Source of the DNA: Escherichia phage ph0021
DNA: 64,000 nucleotides
Sequence record: OP557970.1
Strand: one strand, 5' to 3'
The position numbers and the translations under genes are program-made. The notes beneath the pieces are model-generated. The model had not been told where the DNA came from. It was given only the letters and a program-made list of their open reading frames with translations, and made no database searches. Below, in pieces: positions 38,772-49,795 of the stretch (positions are counted from its first letter, which is position 1; each line of letters begins with the position of its first letter).

Positions 38772-38801
38772 ATAGTACCATAGAAGAACAGTCTTGTAAA
38801 C
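38772..38801 (-). promoter_or_regulatory. T4 early-type promoter
   Basis: GTTTAC-18nt-TACTAT, UP element AAAAAATTTCACAAAA. Confidence 0.65.
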
Positions 38802-38887
38802 AGTTTTGTGAAATTTTTTAGGGAATTCTAAAGGTCCAGAATCATCTGTTTTTCATAAGTATAGATTTATATTACTTGTATGAAAAA

Positions 38888-38903
38888 GGGACCCGGAGGT
38901 CCC
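38888..38903 (-). terminator. intrinsic terminator after gene 43
   Basis: GGGACC-CGGA-GGTCCC stem, U-run on minus strand. Confidence 0.55.
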
Positions 38904-38918
38904 CCTAGATTTATTCTA

Positions 38919-41615
38919 TCAGCCAAACAGGAAGTCTAACGAAGCTTTTTCTTCATAATCCATACCAGCCGATTCACACATACCCGCAAGCGGTTTAACA
39001 AACGATTTTTGGAACAAAGTTGAGTAGTCAATCCAAGACAGTACGTCAGAACGAATTTCTTTTGGAAGTTCTGTGCCCGACGGCCAAGCAATGCACTTAT
39101 CACCAAATGGATTTCCTTCACGCAATGGAAGAACCATTACTTTATTTCCATCCAAAATTGGAGCTACACCTAAACCGCTAACAGCTCGACGATAAGTTAG
39201 CACACCACGAATATGGAACGGACATTTAAATCCTGGCCAACCTTTATCATCATATTTCGCTATATCGTTCGCAGTTTTTACTTCAGCAATAACTTTATAG
39301 TCAAGTTGACGATATTCTTTCTCAAAGTTCTTATAATACTCTTGAACAGACTCTTCGCCTTCTTGAAGAATACGACGAATACTTTCTTCGAGAGCTTCTT
39401 GGACCGCTTTAGGCGTTGAACTTTGCTGAGTTTCCATACCCATGATTTTTAGATGCGGTTCAGCAAATCGCTTATCTTCCATATCATAAACGTTCAGAGC
39501 ATAACGCTTTTTCGCTTTCCAAAATCCACCAACGCCCTTTGAACCAAGTGGAGGGCAAGAAATAGCTTCACGGTCCATATGCATCAGATGCTCGCGGTTA
39601 TTCATATAATCACATAACTCACGATATGCAACATCAATCATAGGTTCCATCTTTTTCTTACCAAACTGATTCATGAATTCAACTAAATCGTTCTGCTCTT
39701 TGAATCGGTCAAGACCAACTTTTTCAATAACTTTATCTACACAAACATATACCGAATCAGTATCACCTGCTGCAATGAAATCTTCTCCATTAGTTCCGCA
39801 CACTTTATTCAGATACTCATTAATTTTACGAGCAATCCACTGAATACCAACTTGGCCGAAAATTGTGATAGCAGTAGCATTTCGCAAATCATAGTAACGG
39901 AAATGAATATTACCAAGAGCACCATAAAGACTGTTAATAAGAATTTTACGGTTCAGTTGATTTGTGTTAGCAAGTGTAGCTGCTTTTTCACATTCTTCAA
40001 TCAGACTATTGAGAACGGATTCGGTGTAATTCGATAGTTCATTTAAGAAATCATCACTGAACTTAACATATCGTTCAACTTCAGGTTTAGTTGAACAAGA
40101 CCCTGCGCCTTTCATAATAATCTTTTTAATAGCTTCGGCATTCATTTCTTCAGCGAACATTTTCTTTTTCCAATCTTTACGCTGGAAAAATACTTTAGCA
40201 ATTTCCTTTGGAATGATACCTTCTTGATGCTTATCGTACATCCATCCATTCGGAGAACAAGAATATTCTTCACTTGGCTTAGGAGCTGTTCCTGCGATAT
40301 ATTCATGAATTGGATGAACTTTAAACTGACCACGAATAGTCTCAGGACTAATGTTAACCTGACGAATAATGCTCGGATACAGAGACGTCAAGTCAAAACT
40401 CATAATATATCGACGAGCAATTGGTTTAGGTTCAAATACAAATGCACCCGGAAAACTTTGTTTAACGTGCGAACCTTGTTGAGGAATAACCTTATGTTCA
40501 CCTTTCAATGAGTTAAAAATAATAGCATCCCAAGTTTTAATAGGACTCATTACACCAGAAAAAGGCATTTTAGCGTAATAAGACATACTTAAAACTAGAT
40601 CGATAAACCCGCGAATTTTATCAATTGCTTGAACTGATTCTACGTCAATGATGTTATAACTAATGTATCGCTGATGATTAGTCTCACGAAGTTTATTAAT
40701 AGGACCGTCGTATGGTAATTTACCTTTTTTGGTTTCATGCTGAGCAACTGATTCCAAAGAGAATGACGGCAAATTAGTAAAAGCGAATTTCTTATACAAA
40801 TCTAAATAATCAAGAATAGATACGCCATCAATAGAATAAATTTCTTTGCTACCGTACATATTTTGGATAAGTTTAGATTTTACTCGACCGATTGGAGAGA
40901 AGCGTTTCATACTACGTTCACCGAGAACTATTTTAACGCGGTTCATGATATACGGAACGTCAAATCCCTCAATATTCCAACCAGTAAAAATAGCAGGTCG
41001 TTTCTGTTCCCAGAGATTGATATATTCCATGAGCATATCACGCTCATTATCGAATGGCATATAAATTACTCGGTCAAGAATTTCTTGAGGAACTTCATCA
41101 CCACCTTCACAGTCAAGCTTAGCAGATAACTTTGCATCCCATTTTGATACTGAACCATACATTGAATTCAAAAGGTCGAAAACATAAAAACGATCATCAA
41201 TTGAATCGTAATGAGTGATAGCATCAATTTCATATTCAGCTTTCATTGGGTCAGGAAATTTATCACCAGTAACCTCAATGTCACAGTTAGCTACACGAAC
41301 AAATTTTCGGTCATAAACAATTTCTGAACCGTATGTATCACTGATATAAGCAAGTTTAAAATCGTTCATACCGAGAGCTTCGAGACCGATGTCTTCCATT
41401 CGTTTCATCCAATCTCGAGCATCTTTCATTGATGGAAATTTTTGAGGAGCGCAGTTTTTACCATAGATGTCTTTGTACTTTGACTCTTCCTTACAATGCC
41501 TAAACATAGTTGGAAGATATTCTACTTCACGAGTACGTTCCTTTCCGTTTTCATCAATATAACGTTCAACAATGTTATTTCCGACTGTTTCAATAGAGAT
41601 ATAAAATTCTTTCAT
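38919..41615 (-). CDS. 43: DNA polymerase gp43 (family B)
   Basis: 898 aa, exonuclease and polymerase motifs (YGDTDS), length matches T4 gp43. Confidence 0.95.
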   Translation of the reverse strand: MKEFYISIETVGNNIVERYIDENGKERTREVEYLPTMFRHCKEESKYKDIYGKNCAPQKFPSMKDARDWMKRMEDIGLEALGMNDFKLAYISDTYGSEIVYDRKFVRVANCDIEVTGDKFPDPMKAEYEIDAITHYDSIDDRFYVFDLLNSMYGSVSKWDAKLSAKLDCEGGDEVPQEILDRVIYMPFDNERDMLMEYINLWEQKRPAIFTGWNIEGFDVPYIMNRVKIVLGERSMKRFSPIGRVKSKLIQNMYGSKEIYSIDGVSILDYLDLYKKFAFTNLPSFSLESVAQHETKKGKLPYDGPINKLRETNHQRYISYNIIDVESVQAIDKIRGFIDLVLSMSYYAKMPFSGVMSPIKTWDAIIFNSLKGEHKVIPQQGSHVKQSFPGAFVFEPKPIARRYIMSFDLTSLYPSIIRQVNISPETIRGQFKVHPIHEYIAGTAPKPSEEYSCSPNGWMYDKHQEGIIPKEIAKVFFQRKDWKKKMFAEEMNAEAIKKIIMKGAGSCSTKPEVERYVKFSDDFLNELSNYTESVLNSLIEECEKAATLANTNQLNRKILINSLYGALGNIHFRYYDLRNATAITIFGQVGIQWIARKINEYLNKVCGTNGEDFIAAGDTDSVYVCVDKVIEKVGLDRFKEQNDLVEFMNQFGKKKMEPMIDVAYRELCDYMNNREHLMHMDREAISCPPLGSKGVGGFWKAKKRYALNVYDMEDKRFAEPHLKIMGMETQQSSTPKAVQEALEESIRRILQEGEESVQEYYKNFEKEYRQLDYKVIAEVKTANDIAKYDDKGWPGFKCPFHIRGVLTYRRAVSGLGVAPILDGNKVMVLPLREGNPFGDKCIAWPSGTELPKEIRSDVLSWIDYSTLFQKSFVKPLAGMCESAGMDYEEKASLDFLFG

Positions 41616-41675
41616 AGATATTCCTTAGTTTATAGCCCGAGTTATTAGGCTCTTGATATATTATACTCCAATTAA

Positions 41676-41689
41676 GGGGCCGAAGCCCC
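41676..41689 (-). terminator. GGGGC-CGAA-GCCCC hairpin
   Basis: Perfect stem between regA stop and gene 43; TATAAT follows on minus strand. Confidence 0.4.
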
Positions 41690-41693
41690 TTGC

Positions 41694-42062
41694 TTAATTA
41701 CCAATCGTATATTTAGGAACGAGTTTCCATTCATGTTTTTGTTTAAAAGAAATAACTCGGAAGTTATTAGTTAAATCTTTCATAAAAGTTCTTTGACCAG
41801 GAACGATTTCAATCAGTCCCCAATCTTCTAACAGCCATGCAATCGAATCACGACGAACTTCATCTTCTTCTGTCATTTCAACCTGGCGACCATCCATACG
41901 AAGCATTTCTTTAAAATGAACGATATAATATAGTCCTTTTTTCTGAAGAATATGACAGGACTGATACAGAACTTTATCTTTATTATTAGCAATTCCCATA
42001 CGAGTCAAAGTTTCTTTTACTTTCAGAAAATCTTCAGGTTTTTTAAGAGTAATTTCAATCAT
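41694..42062 (-). CDS. regA: translational repressor RegA
   Basis: 122 aa, matches T4 RegA length and position. Confidence 0.85.
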   Translation of the reverse strand: MIEITLKKPEDFLKVKETLTRMGIANNKDKVLYQSCHILQKKGLYYIVHFKEMLRMDGRQVEMTEEDEVRRDSIAWLLEDWGLIEIVPGQRTFMKDLTNNFRVISFKQKHEWKLVPKYTIGN

Positions 42063-42063
42063 T

Positions 42064-42627
42064 TTACCATTCCAATGCTAGTTTTTTGAGTTGTTTCTGT
42101 TCTTTTACGTTCTTAGTCACTTCTTTCAAAAAATCATCCGTGACTAATCCTTTAAGTTCTTTTAATACTAAAGGAAGTTTTCCATTTTTAGTAAGAATTG
42201 ATTTATAGTTAATTGCATCATTTGTATTAACTTGATACCGCTTAGCAAGTAACTTAATAATCAATACTTCAGTGGAATCTTCAACTAGTTTTGCCCATTT
42301 ACCATATCTTTTACCACGAGGAACTGCAGCCATTAGATAATTAAAATGGGCTTCATCGCTTAAACCTGATCCAATTAAATTCATAGCATATACAGCTGGC
42401 ATGCACTCTGGAAATTGTGATAATGCATTTTCAACCATGAATTTTGAATAATCTTTTTGAGCAATAGAGCATTTAGTTTTATTATTAATAGCTCCAATTA
42501 TTTCAAAAAACTCATTTTCAGCTTTTTCTTTAAAAGAATCAGCAGCGGATTGGACAGCTGTCCAATCTTTTGAATACCAAGCAACTTGATGCTCGTTTAA
42601 TTGAATATCATCTTCAAATAAGCTCAT
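42064..42627 (-). CDS. 62: clamp loader small subunit gp62
   Basis: Real start MSLFEDDIQ (187 aa); track ORF N-extended. Confidence 0.85.
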   Translation of the reverse strand: MSLFEDDIQLNEHQVAWYSKDWTAVQSAADSFKEKAENEFFEIIGAINNKTKCSIAQKDYSKFMVENALSQFPECMPAVYAMNLIGSGLSDEAHFNYLMAAVPRGKRYGKWAKLVEDSTEVLIIKLLAKRYQVNTNDAINYKSILTKNGKLPLVLKELKGLVTDDFLKEVTKNVKEQKQLKKLALEW

Positions 42628-42628
42628 A

Positions 42629-43588
42629 TCACTTCCACTGCATTTCACATGCTAACTGAATGAAAAGATAAGCTAAATGCAATTCAGTATTAGCTGCAAT
42701 ACCATGATACTGATTATTTTCGCCGACAATTTCGTACATACGAATAATACTCTGTGGAGTTACACGTGAATAGATTTCTTCGGCAAGTTTACCCACGAAC
42801 CACGAATAATCGGCTGCATATTTTGGTGCTAAAGCTCTGAGTTGTTTAACATCTTTATTTTTGAGAGACTCAAGAACATCATCAATAGCACCACGATCGT
42901 TAGTAACCAGTGATAAAATACCAGCATCCAAAACACCTTTAGATGAATAACTATCGAGCTCGCCAATAGTTTTACGAAAATCAGGAAAATTCTTTTTAAC
43001 CAAAGCTGCTACAACTTTCATATCAGCTATAGCAATACCTTCATGTTTACAGATTTCAGTCAATCGACGAATCATCTGCTTCATCATTTCAATTTTATCT
43101 TCATCGGTCGGTTGACCGAATGTGATAACTCGACAGCGTGACTGAAGTGGTTTAATAATACCATCAATATTGTTAGCAGTAATAATAATACTACAGTTTG
43201 AACTATAAGCTTCCATAAAGGAACGAAGATGTCGCTGAGACTCTGCTAATCCTGAACGGTCAAATTCATCAATAACGATTACTTTTTGACGACCATCAAA
43301 TGAAGCTGCGCTAGCAAAATTAGTCAAAGGACCACGAACGAAATCAATTTTACAATCTGATCCATTCACAAACATCATATCAGCATTTACATCATGGCAC
43401 AATGCTTTTGCTACAGTTGTTTTACCTGTTCCTGGAGAAGGAGAATGAAGAATAATATGTGGAATCTTACCTTTACTTGTAATAGATTTAAAGGTTTCTT
43501 TATCAAAGGCGGGAAGAATACATTCATCGATAGTAGATGGACGATATTTCTGTTCAAGAATGTGTTCTTTTTCATTTACGGTAATCAT
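42629..43588 (-). CDS. 44: clamp loader large subunit gp44 (AAA+)
   Basis: Real start MITVNEKEH (319 aa); Walker A GTGKTT. Confidence 0.85.
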
Positions 43589-43623
43589 AATTTCCTCATT
43601 CAAGTTTTAGTGTAAATTATAAA

Positions 43624-43635
43624 GGGCCGAAGCCC
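43624..43635 (-). terminator. GGGC-CGAA-GCCC hairpin between 45 and 44
   Basis: Hairpin followed by TTTATAAT on minus strand. Confidence 0.4.
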
Positions 43636-43639
43636 TCTA

Positions 43640-44329
43640 TTAAAAATCGTGGGTAGAATCAGCTTCAAGAGCTACTACATAATTCGCGTGTTCACCTTCA
43701 AATTTAGCAGCACCTTGTTTACCTTTTGCCCAGAGCAGAAGTTTATAATTTCCTGGTTGCATTTTCATATTTGCCATATTGATAATGAAATTAAATGTAT
43801 TTTCACCATCATAATCACCAAGAGTCAAAGAATATTTAACACGGGTCAGAGCAGAATCTTCTACTTTATTAAAACCGTTAATTACGATTTTACCTTCTTT
43901 TACCGTGATAGCAATTGTATCAATCTGCAGACCACGAGATACACGCAACAGCTGTTGAAGGTCTTCAGCTTTAATTTCAGTAACAACAGATGCTACTGGG
44001 AATGGAATTGGTTTATTAGGAGCAACTACTGTACTCGGATCGGCTGCTGGCCAAAAAATTGTTGAACGGGCATCAGCAATTTTAATATTTCCATCTTCTG
44101 ACTGGGAAATTTCTGCATCATCATCATTAACTAAAGACAGAATACCGAGAAAACCATTCAAATCGTAAATTGCTACATCAAAATCAATAGTGTCAGAAAT
44201 ATTTGCTTCCGCATAAGTTGTACCATTAACTGCACGAGTCATAATAAATTGACCGGATTTAAGCATAATACCAGAGTTAATAGTAGCGAAATTTTTAAGC
44301 AGAGCAGTAGTATCTTTAGACAGTTTCAT
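43640..44329 (-). CDS. 45: sliding clamp gp45
   Basis: 229 aa, matches remembered T4 gp45. Confidence 0.9.
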   Translation of the reverse strand: MKLSKDTTALLKNFATINSGIMLKSGQFIMTRAVNGTTYAEANISDTIDFDVAIYDLNGFLGILSLVNDDDAEISQSEDGNIKIADARSTIFWPAADPSTVVAPNKPIPFPVASVVTEIKAEDLQQLLRVSRGLQIDTIAITVKEGKIVINGFNKVEDSALTRVKYSLTLGDYDGENTFNFIINMANMKMQPGNYKLLLWAKGKQGAAKFEGEHANYVVALEADSTHDF

Positions 44330-44384
44330 GTAATTTCCTTCAATTCAAATGAGATTTAATTTTATAACTAATTTAATAAAGCAA

Positions 44385-44774
44385 TTAACGATTAAAATCA
44401 GCAGCAATTGTTTCCGCAACAATTTGAGCAGCAACAATTAGACGTTCATCTGCATTACCACAATAATCATCTTCAAGGCGTTCGCCACATGAAGTCATAA
44501 TAAATTTAGCACCAGCATTTAGAGATTCTGTCGTATGTTTGCGCATTAGTTCAATCCATTTATTACTTACTTCACGATCGATAGCTTCATAATATGCATG
44601 ACGAGCAGGTGCAGATTTAATTTTGTTCTGAATAACTTCCATTGCGTTATCAGAAAGAGACAAAACCCATGCGCGACGAATTTTATTTTGGTTTTGCGGA
44701 TTTGAGTCAGAACGCACGTGTTTTGGCTGAATATCTTTTACATCAACAGTATAATTCACAGTAATTTTAGTCAT
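44385..44774 (-). CDS. rpbA: RNA polymerase binding protein RpbA
   Basis: 129 aa, length and position match T4 rpbA. Confidence 0.7.
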   Translation of the reverse strand: MTKITVNYTVDVKDIQPKHVRSDSNPQNQNKIRRAWVLSLSDNAMEVIQNKIKSAPARHAYYEAIDREVSNKWIELMRKHTTESLNAGAKFIMTSCGERLEDDYCGNADERLIVAAQIVAETIAADFNR

Positions 44775-44783
44775 AATACACCT

Positions 44784-44972
44784 TTAGTCATAATAATCAG
44801 TAACAGTCCAAGCTTCATTTCTATTGGACATTATTTTTGTATATTCTGCTTTAAATGCATTCCTAAGCATAGATTCAGTAACTATATGCTCTTCATTAGA
44901 AAAATTATTTCTCAGAATATATCGTTTTATTTCAGGAATAGTTAATAGATGCTGTCCAGTTGAATATTCCAT
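44784..44972 (-). CDS. hypothetical protein (45.2 position)
   Basis: 62 aa. Confidence 0.45.
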   Translation of the reverse strand: MEYSTGQHLLTIPEIKRYILRNNFSNEEHIVTESMLRNAFKAEYTKIMSNRNEAWTVTDYYD

Positions 44973-45027
44973 GTTTTTCCTCCATAGAGATTATACTCTA
45001 ATAAATTAAAGCATAATCTCTTATAAA

Positions 45028-46710
45028 TTAAACCATTACAGTAAATCGACCAACTTTCTTCATTTGAAGATGCTGACCGTATGCTTGCGGGTCATGGTCT
45101 CTATGCGAAATAACAAAAACATTAGTATTTTTTAAACTATCTAAAATAGTTGAAATAGCTTTTACACCTTCAACGTCGGTCGCTGAATCAAAAACTTCAT
45201 CAAGAATTAGTGTGTTTATTTTAACGCCTGAAACTTTTTCAGCAATATCACGCCAAGTAAATAAAAGAGCAATATCAATTCGCGCTTTTTCACCTTGACT
45301 GAATGAAGCATAACTAAAATCTTCACGACCACGTGATTTAATTGTCTCATTAAATTCTTCATCTAATGTAAACACATAATCCGCTTCCATTATTTTAAGA
45401 TAATGGTTAATCTGCTTATTAAATAATGGAATGTACTTTTTAATAATAGCACCTTTAATACCAGAATCTTTGAGCATATCAGTCAAAATTCCTCGGTGGT
45501 ATTTTTCCATTACTAAATTAGTTTTTGTCTTAACAATTTTATCAAGTTCTTCTTGAAGCAGTGCTATTTCATCAGCATGGTCAATAAACTCAGAAGATGC
45601 TTTTTCTATAGCCGCTTTAACCTTTTTAGCTTTATCTACTGCTGCGATCAGAGATTGCTTTTTATTGCGAATATCATTTGCCAACGACTGCTGGGTTTTA
45701 ATATTATCTCGGTATTCATCAACAAGAACTTTTAAATTATCACGATGTGTTGAAAGCTGTTCAAATGAATGCGTACATTCAGAAATTTTATCTTTAATTT
45801 TAGAAACAACTTTATCACCTGAACTTAATTGTGACAAGCAGGTTGGGCATAATCCACCTTCGTGATACATATTAATGACTTTATTATACGAGTCAATTTT
45901 TGATTTAATTAAAACTGCTTCTTGACCGATTTTATTAAATGCATCAGTCGGGTCTTCATCTAAAACAATATTAACTAATCTTTCATTAGCTTCTTCTATT
46001 TCCGATTTTAGCGTTCTAGCTTCTTTTGCCAAATCATCATACATATTTTGAAGACGAGTAAGGTTGTCACCCGTTAATTTTTTCTGGCGTTCAACGTTAT
46101 CATTATATATTTTAATTTGTTGGATAATACTATCTTTTTTAACATCAAGCACTTGGTTTTGTGAATTTAATTCACGTATTAGTGCTTTATTAAGCTTATC
46201 CATTTCAGCTAATGTTCCTACCTCAAGCAGGTCTTCCACAAGCTTTCTTCGCGCAGGGGTCGACAAACCCATGAAAGGGGTATACCCTGCTGTACCAAGG
46301 ACAACAATCTGCTTGAAACTGGCATATGACATTCCGATAAGCTGTTCAAATTCTGCTTGGAAATCTTTACTGCTGGCAGATTCATTAAGACGTGCACCGT
46401 TAACGGTGATTTCGAAAACGTTTGGTTTTTGTCCTCTTTTGATATAGTACTTTTTCTCATCATATTCCATCCACAGTTCAACTAAAAGTTCTTTCTTATT
46501 TGTGCTGTTTATTAATTGACCTTTCTTTACATCACGAAATGGCTTGCCAAAAAGCCCAAATGTGATGGCTTCTAACATAGTAGACTTACCACCGCCATTT
46601 CGTCCAGTAATAAGAGTTTTTTGAACCTTATCTAATTGAATGTCAATAGGATTTCCACCTACTGACATTATATTTTGATACCTAACTCGGTTTAGTTTAA
46701 AATTCTTCAC
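45028..46710 (-). CDS. 46: recombination endonuclease subunit gp46 (Rad50/SbcC-like)
   Basis: 560 aa, Walker A GRNGGGKST, coiled-coil middle, signature and Walker B at C-terminus. Confidence 0.9.
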   Translation of the reverse strand: MKNFKLNRVRYQNIMSVGGNPIDIQLDKVQKTLITGRNGGGKSTMLEAITFGLFGKPFRDVKKGQLINSTNKKELLVELWMEYDEKKYYIKRGQKPNVFEITVNGARLNESASSKDFQAEFEQLIGMSYASFKQIVVLGTAGYTPFMGLSTPARRKLVEDLLEVGTLAEMDKLNKALIRELNSQNQVLDVKKDSIIQQIKIYNDNVERQKKLTGDNLTRLQNMYDDLAKEARTLKSEIEEANERLVNIVLDEDPTDAFNKIGQEAVLIKSKIDSYNKVINMYHEGGLCPTCLSQLSSGDKVVSKIKDKISECTHSFEQLSTHRDNLKVLVDEYRDNIKTQQSLANDIRNKKQSLIAAVDKAKKVKAAIEKASSEFIDHADEIALLQEELDKIVKTKTNLVMEKYHRGILTDMLKDSGIKGAIIKKYIPLFNKQINHYLKIMEADYVFTLDEEFNETIKSRGREDFSYASFSQGEKARIDIALLFTWRDIAEKVSGVKINTLILDEVFDSATDVEGVKAISTILDSLKNTNVFVISHRDHDPQAYGQHLQMKKVGRFTVMV

Positions 46711-46970
46711 AAAAGATTCCTTTTAATGTATCTTTTAGACCATTCTATCATATCATCATAATCTAAAAAGTATTCATCAAATTCAGCCATGCAAACAACA
46801 CCTTGTGCTGCTTTTGATGTGATATAAATTATTCCAACATATCTAGAATCTTCTTCGGTATAATCAATATTTGCTATGAATTCATCATTAATGTCAAATG
46901 TCGAAAACTTCACAGTATGCATCCTTAATACAAGATACAGCCATATCTTGTAATGATTTAGGTGTGTCAT
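46707..46970 (-). CDS. hypothetical protein (46.1 position)
   Basis: 87 aa. Confidence 0.45.
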   Translation of the reverse strand: MTHLNHYKIWLYLVLRMHTVKFSTFDINDEFIANIDYTEEDSRYVGIIYITSKAAQGVVCMAEFDEYFLDYDDMIEWSKRYIKRNLL

Positions 46971-47157
46971 TATCTAAAATGTTAAAGTTAAAAGATACGG
47001 CCCAATCAGTGCAGACCGTTACCTTTTTAATACAATTATCTTCAACCTCTAACGGTTCAAACCAATATTCAATAATTTCTTTATGCCCAATATCATCTTT
47101 TACTTCGCATTCAAAATGCTGACTCATCATAACATTTTTAAATTCATCAAAAGTCAT
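46894..47157 (-). CDS. hypothetical protein (46.2 position), start uncertain
   Basis: 87 aa ORF overlapping previous in another frame. Confidence 0.4.
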   Translation of the reverse strand: MTFDEFKNVMMSQHFECEVKDDIGHKEIIEYWFEPLEVEDNCIKKVTVCTDWAVSFNFNILDNDTPKSLQDMAVSCIKDAYCEVFDI

Positions 47158-48173
47158 TGTGTTGCCTCTACATATAACTGATTTGCATATTGAATAAGTG
47201 CTTCGCGATCAGAATCAGTGATGTCTGGAATTGCATTAATGTATTCTTCCATCAATGTCTGAAGAGATTGAACTTCAACTTCTTCACTATCATCTGACTC
47301 GACAGAGTTATCAATCTTTGACACAACTCGTAATGAATGCACAACTTTTTCTAGTTCAGATTCGAACTTCGTCAGATTTTTGTCTACCTCAGTTACTATA
47401 ACACGTACTGATAGATTTGTAAAATCTTTATAGTCAATTTTTCCCTTAAATGGGTATTGAATTCGACGATGCCAGGTAGTATTGTTTGGAATAAATTCCA
47501 TTCGTTCTGTTTCTGTATCAAACATCCAGAACCCACGAGGGTCATTCTCGTCACCTGCAGTTAGTGTCCATGGTGTCCCAATATATCTGACGTTAGCAGC
47601 CTCAGAGATAGTATGGAAGTGACCAGACCACACTTCTTTATAAGTCTTAAGGAAATCAGGTTCAAGACCGTGAGATTTCATTCCTTTATAAAAATAAAAT
47701 CCGTTCAGTTCCCAGTGACCAATACAAAAAGAAGCAGATGAAGTTTTGATGTGCTCAAGAATTTCACCAGTATTTTCTTCACACATCCAAGGAATTAAAT
47801 CAATTAAACATCCGTCAAAATCTACCGTAGTAGGCTTATCATATACTTTAACATTAGGATATTTAGCCAAAAGCTCAGTAGAGGCATTTGGATGCATTAC
47901 ATTTTTGTAGTGGAGATCGTGATTTCCTACAATAGTATGTAATGTGATTCCAGCAACATCAAGCATTTGAACTATTTCACGGGCAAACTCCATAGTTTTA
48001 TGTGTGATTGCTTTTCGCACATCAAAAATATCGCCGTATTGAATCCATACAGTAATTCCATTTTTCTTAGAATATTCTATTGCTTGTTTAATTCCATCAA
48101 TTTGAATACCGCGAATCCACTCATCATCAGCTTTAACGCCTAAATGCCAATCACCTAAATTTAAAATTTTCAT
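47154..48173 (-). CDS. 47: recombination endonuclease subunit gp47 (Mre11/SbcD-like)
   Basis: 339 aa, phosphoesterase motifs GDWHLG, GNHD. Confidence 0.9.
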   Translation of the reverse strand: MKILNLGDWHLGVKADDEWIRGIQIDGIKQAIEYSKKNGITVWIQYGDIFDVRKAITHKTMEFAREIVQMLDVAGITLHTIVGNHDLHYKNVMHPNASTELLAKYPNVKVYDKPTTVDFDGCLIDLIPWMCEENTGEILEHIKTSSASFCIGHWELNGFYFYKGMKSHGLEPDFLKTYKEVWSGHFHTISEAANVRYIGTPWTLTAGDENDPRGFWMFDTETERMEFIPNNTTWHRRIQYPFKGKIDYKDFTNLSVRVIVTEVDKNLTKFESELEKVVHSLRVVSKIDNSVESDDSEEVEVQSLQTLMEEYINAIPDITDSDREALIQYANQLYVEATQ

Positions 48174-48308
48174 ATATCAAGAACCGTCATTGAAATGCAA
48201 AATAAAATTATTGAAATAAATCCATCTGGAGTGCTAAAGAACCCAATCCAACATGCTCTAGTGAATAGATAAAATGCAAGAAAAAGTATCACATATCCAA
48301 GAAATATC
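48174..48308 (-). CDS. small membrane protein (~44 aa)
   Basis: Hydrophobic ORF read by hand; ATG adjacent to TATAAT. Confidence 0.35.
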
Positions 48309-48335
48309 ATTATATCAAACTCCGTATAAAGCTAA
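48309..48335 (-). promoter_or_regulatory. candidate middle-type promoter (AGCTTTA box, 12 nt, TATAAT)
   Basis: Minus strand TTTAGCTTTATACGGAGTTTGATATAAT right after hairpin; same architecture as element at 18254-18294. Confidence 0.35.
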
Positions 48336-48336
48336 A

Positions 48337-48348
48337 GGGCCGAAGCCC
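48337..48348 (-). terminator. GGGC-CGAA-GCCC hairpin after a-gt
   Basis: Perfect stem immediately after a-gt stop. Confidence 0.5.
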
Positions 48349-48349
48349 T

Positions 48350-49552
48350 TTATTTTGTAATAATGTCAAACTGCTCTTTAAAGCAGAAGCTTGAATCTTG
48401 GTGCTGATACAAAAATTCATAAGCTTTTTCGCGTTCACGGTCATAAAGAGCTCGGTCAGATGACAGTTCTTTAATACGTTCAAATGTTGATTCCATGTCA
48501 TTTTCATCAAACCAAACAATACCGCTATCATGAGAAATTAATGGAGTGTTATCAACACGGAATTTTAAATTTTCGCCAGTAGATTTCCAAAATACCGGAA
48601 TTGTTCCACATGCACCAAGCTCGAGATGAGTATATTCTAAAGAACGTTGTAGATATTTTTTATCCAACTTACTCAACTGATAACCAAAACCGGATTTACT
48701 CATACGTTCAAGCATTTCGCTATTTACATAACGGTCAAGAATTTGCGTTGGCAAATTAGAAGCAATTTTAATTTGGTCTACTTGATGAAGACGATAATAC
48801 TCGTATGGAATTCCTTTTTCTTTAATAGGAATGAACGCTGGAGAACGTTCCAGACCTTCCATAATAGTACTTAGTCCTGCAGGTTTAAGATGTTTTTCGT
48901 GAAAATCAAACATCTGGTAAAAACCTTTCCATGTAGTCGTACGACCAATCCAACGGTTGATATTCATGTTAATTTCAGAAACATCTTTCCAGTAGGTTGA
49001 TCGAACCTTTGCAATATCCATCGGAGGCTGAAAGTTATATACTGTCGGTGCTTCTTCAATATCATCAAACAGAGAAACTGTTTCAGGATACCATTCTTTC
49101 ATCAGAACTTTATTAAAATCGCCATTATCAGAATGGCTAAAAATAACATCAGCTCGACGAACAGTTTCTTCTAATCCCAAATTTCGACGCAAAGAAAGAG
49201 AAGAATGGTCATGTTGATAAACTACAACACGAACAGAAGGTTTAATGTTATCAATAATTTTTTTATAGTTATTAATAGTGTCTTCTTCAACCGAAGTAGC
49301 AGGAACTGAATTAATAATTAGAATATCACAATCATTTACCAGCTTAAGTGTTTTATCATATTCTTTTGCCAATAAAACCGGAATTGAAAATGATTTATAA
49401 TCATGCGCGCAATTACGAGTAAATGATTTATCTTTAGCATAAACCAAAGTTACTTCATGACCATTTTTAATAAACCAATCACGTTGCTCGAGTGAGAATT
49501 TTGTTACACCACAACCTTCAAGACCTCGAGCCATAAAAATACATACTTTCAT
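48350..49552 (-). CDS. agt: DNA alpha-glucosyltransferase
   Basis: 400 aa, length and position after gene 47 match T4 a-gt. Confidence 0.8.
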   Translation of the reverse strand: MKVCIFMARGLEGCGVTKFSLEQRDWFIKNGHEVTLVYAKDKSFTRNCAHDYKSFSIPVLLAKEYDKTLKLVNDCDILIINSVPATSVEEDTINNYKKIIDNIKPSVRVVVYQHDHSSLSLRRNLGLEETVRRADVIFSHSDNGDFNKVLMKEWYPETVSLFDDIEEAPTVYNFQPPMDIAKVRSTYWKDVSEINMNINRWIGRTTTWKGFYQMFDFHEKHLKPAGLSTIMEGLERSPAFIPIKEKGIPYEYYRLHQVDQIKIASNLPTQILDRYVNSEMLERMSKSGFGYQLSKLDKKYLQRSLEYTHLELGACGTIPVFWKSTGENLKFRVDNTPLISHDSGIVWFDENDMESTFERIKELSSDRALYDREREKAYEFLYQHQDSSFCFKEQFDIITK

Positions 49553-49605
49553 TTAATATCCTCTTTGTTTTGGTTTATTTTACCAAAAATTTATAAAGCA
49601 ATATA

Positions 49606-49619
49606 GGAGCCGAAGCTCC
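49606..49619 (-). terminator. GGAGC-CGAA-GCTCC hairpin
   Basis: Perfect 5 bp stem upstream of a-gt. Confidence 0.45.
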
Positions 49620-49621
49620 TA

Positions 49622-49792
49622 TCCGCATAATACACCATACAAAGGCTCATTAGAGCTTCTAAATTTTATGCGCTTATATGTTATAGTTCCTTCTGCTTTA
49701 GCTTTATCATTAGACTCTTTAAAGAGTCTCATCATTTCCTCTTTAGAGGAACGAATTTTATTATAATCTATTTCAGAAGTCTGGGTGTTCAT
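49622..49792 (-). CDS. small hypothetical protein (~56 aa)
   Basis: Read by hand, ATG close to upstream stop. Confidence 0.35.
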
Positions 49793-49795
49793 CTT

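Noticed and set aside
48310-48531. 73 aa minus-strand ORF overlapping the 3' end of a-gt
   Set aside because: Overlaps a-gt coding sequence in another frame and spans the terminator hairpin; the hand-read 44 aa hydrophobic ORF at 48174-48308 is a more plausible reading
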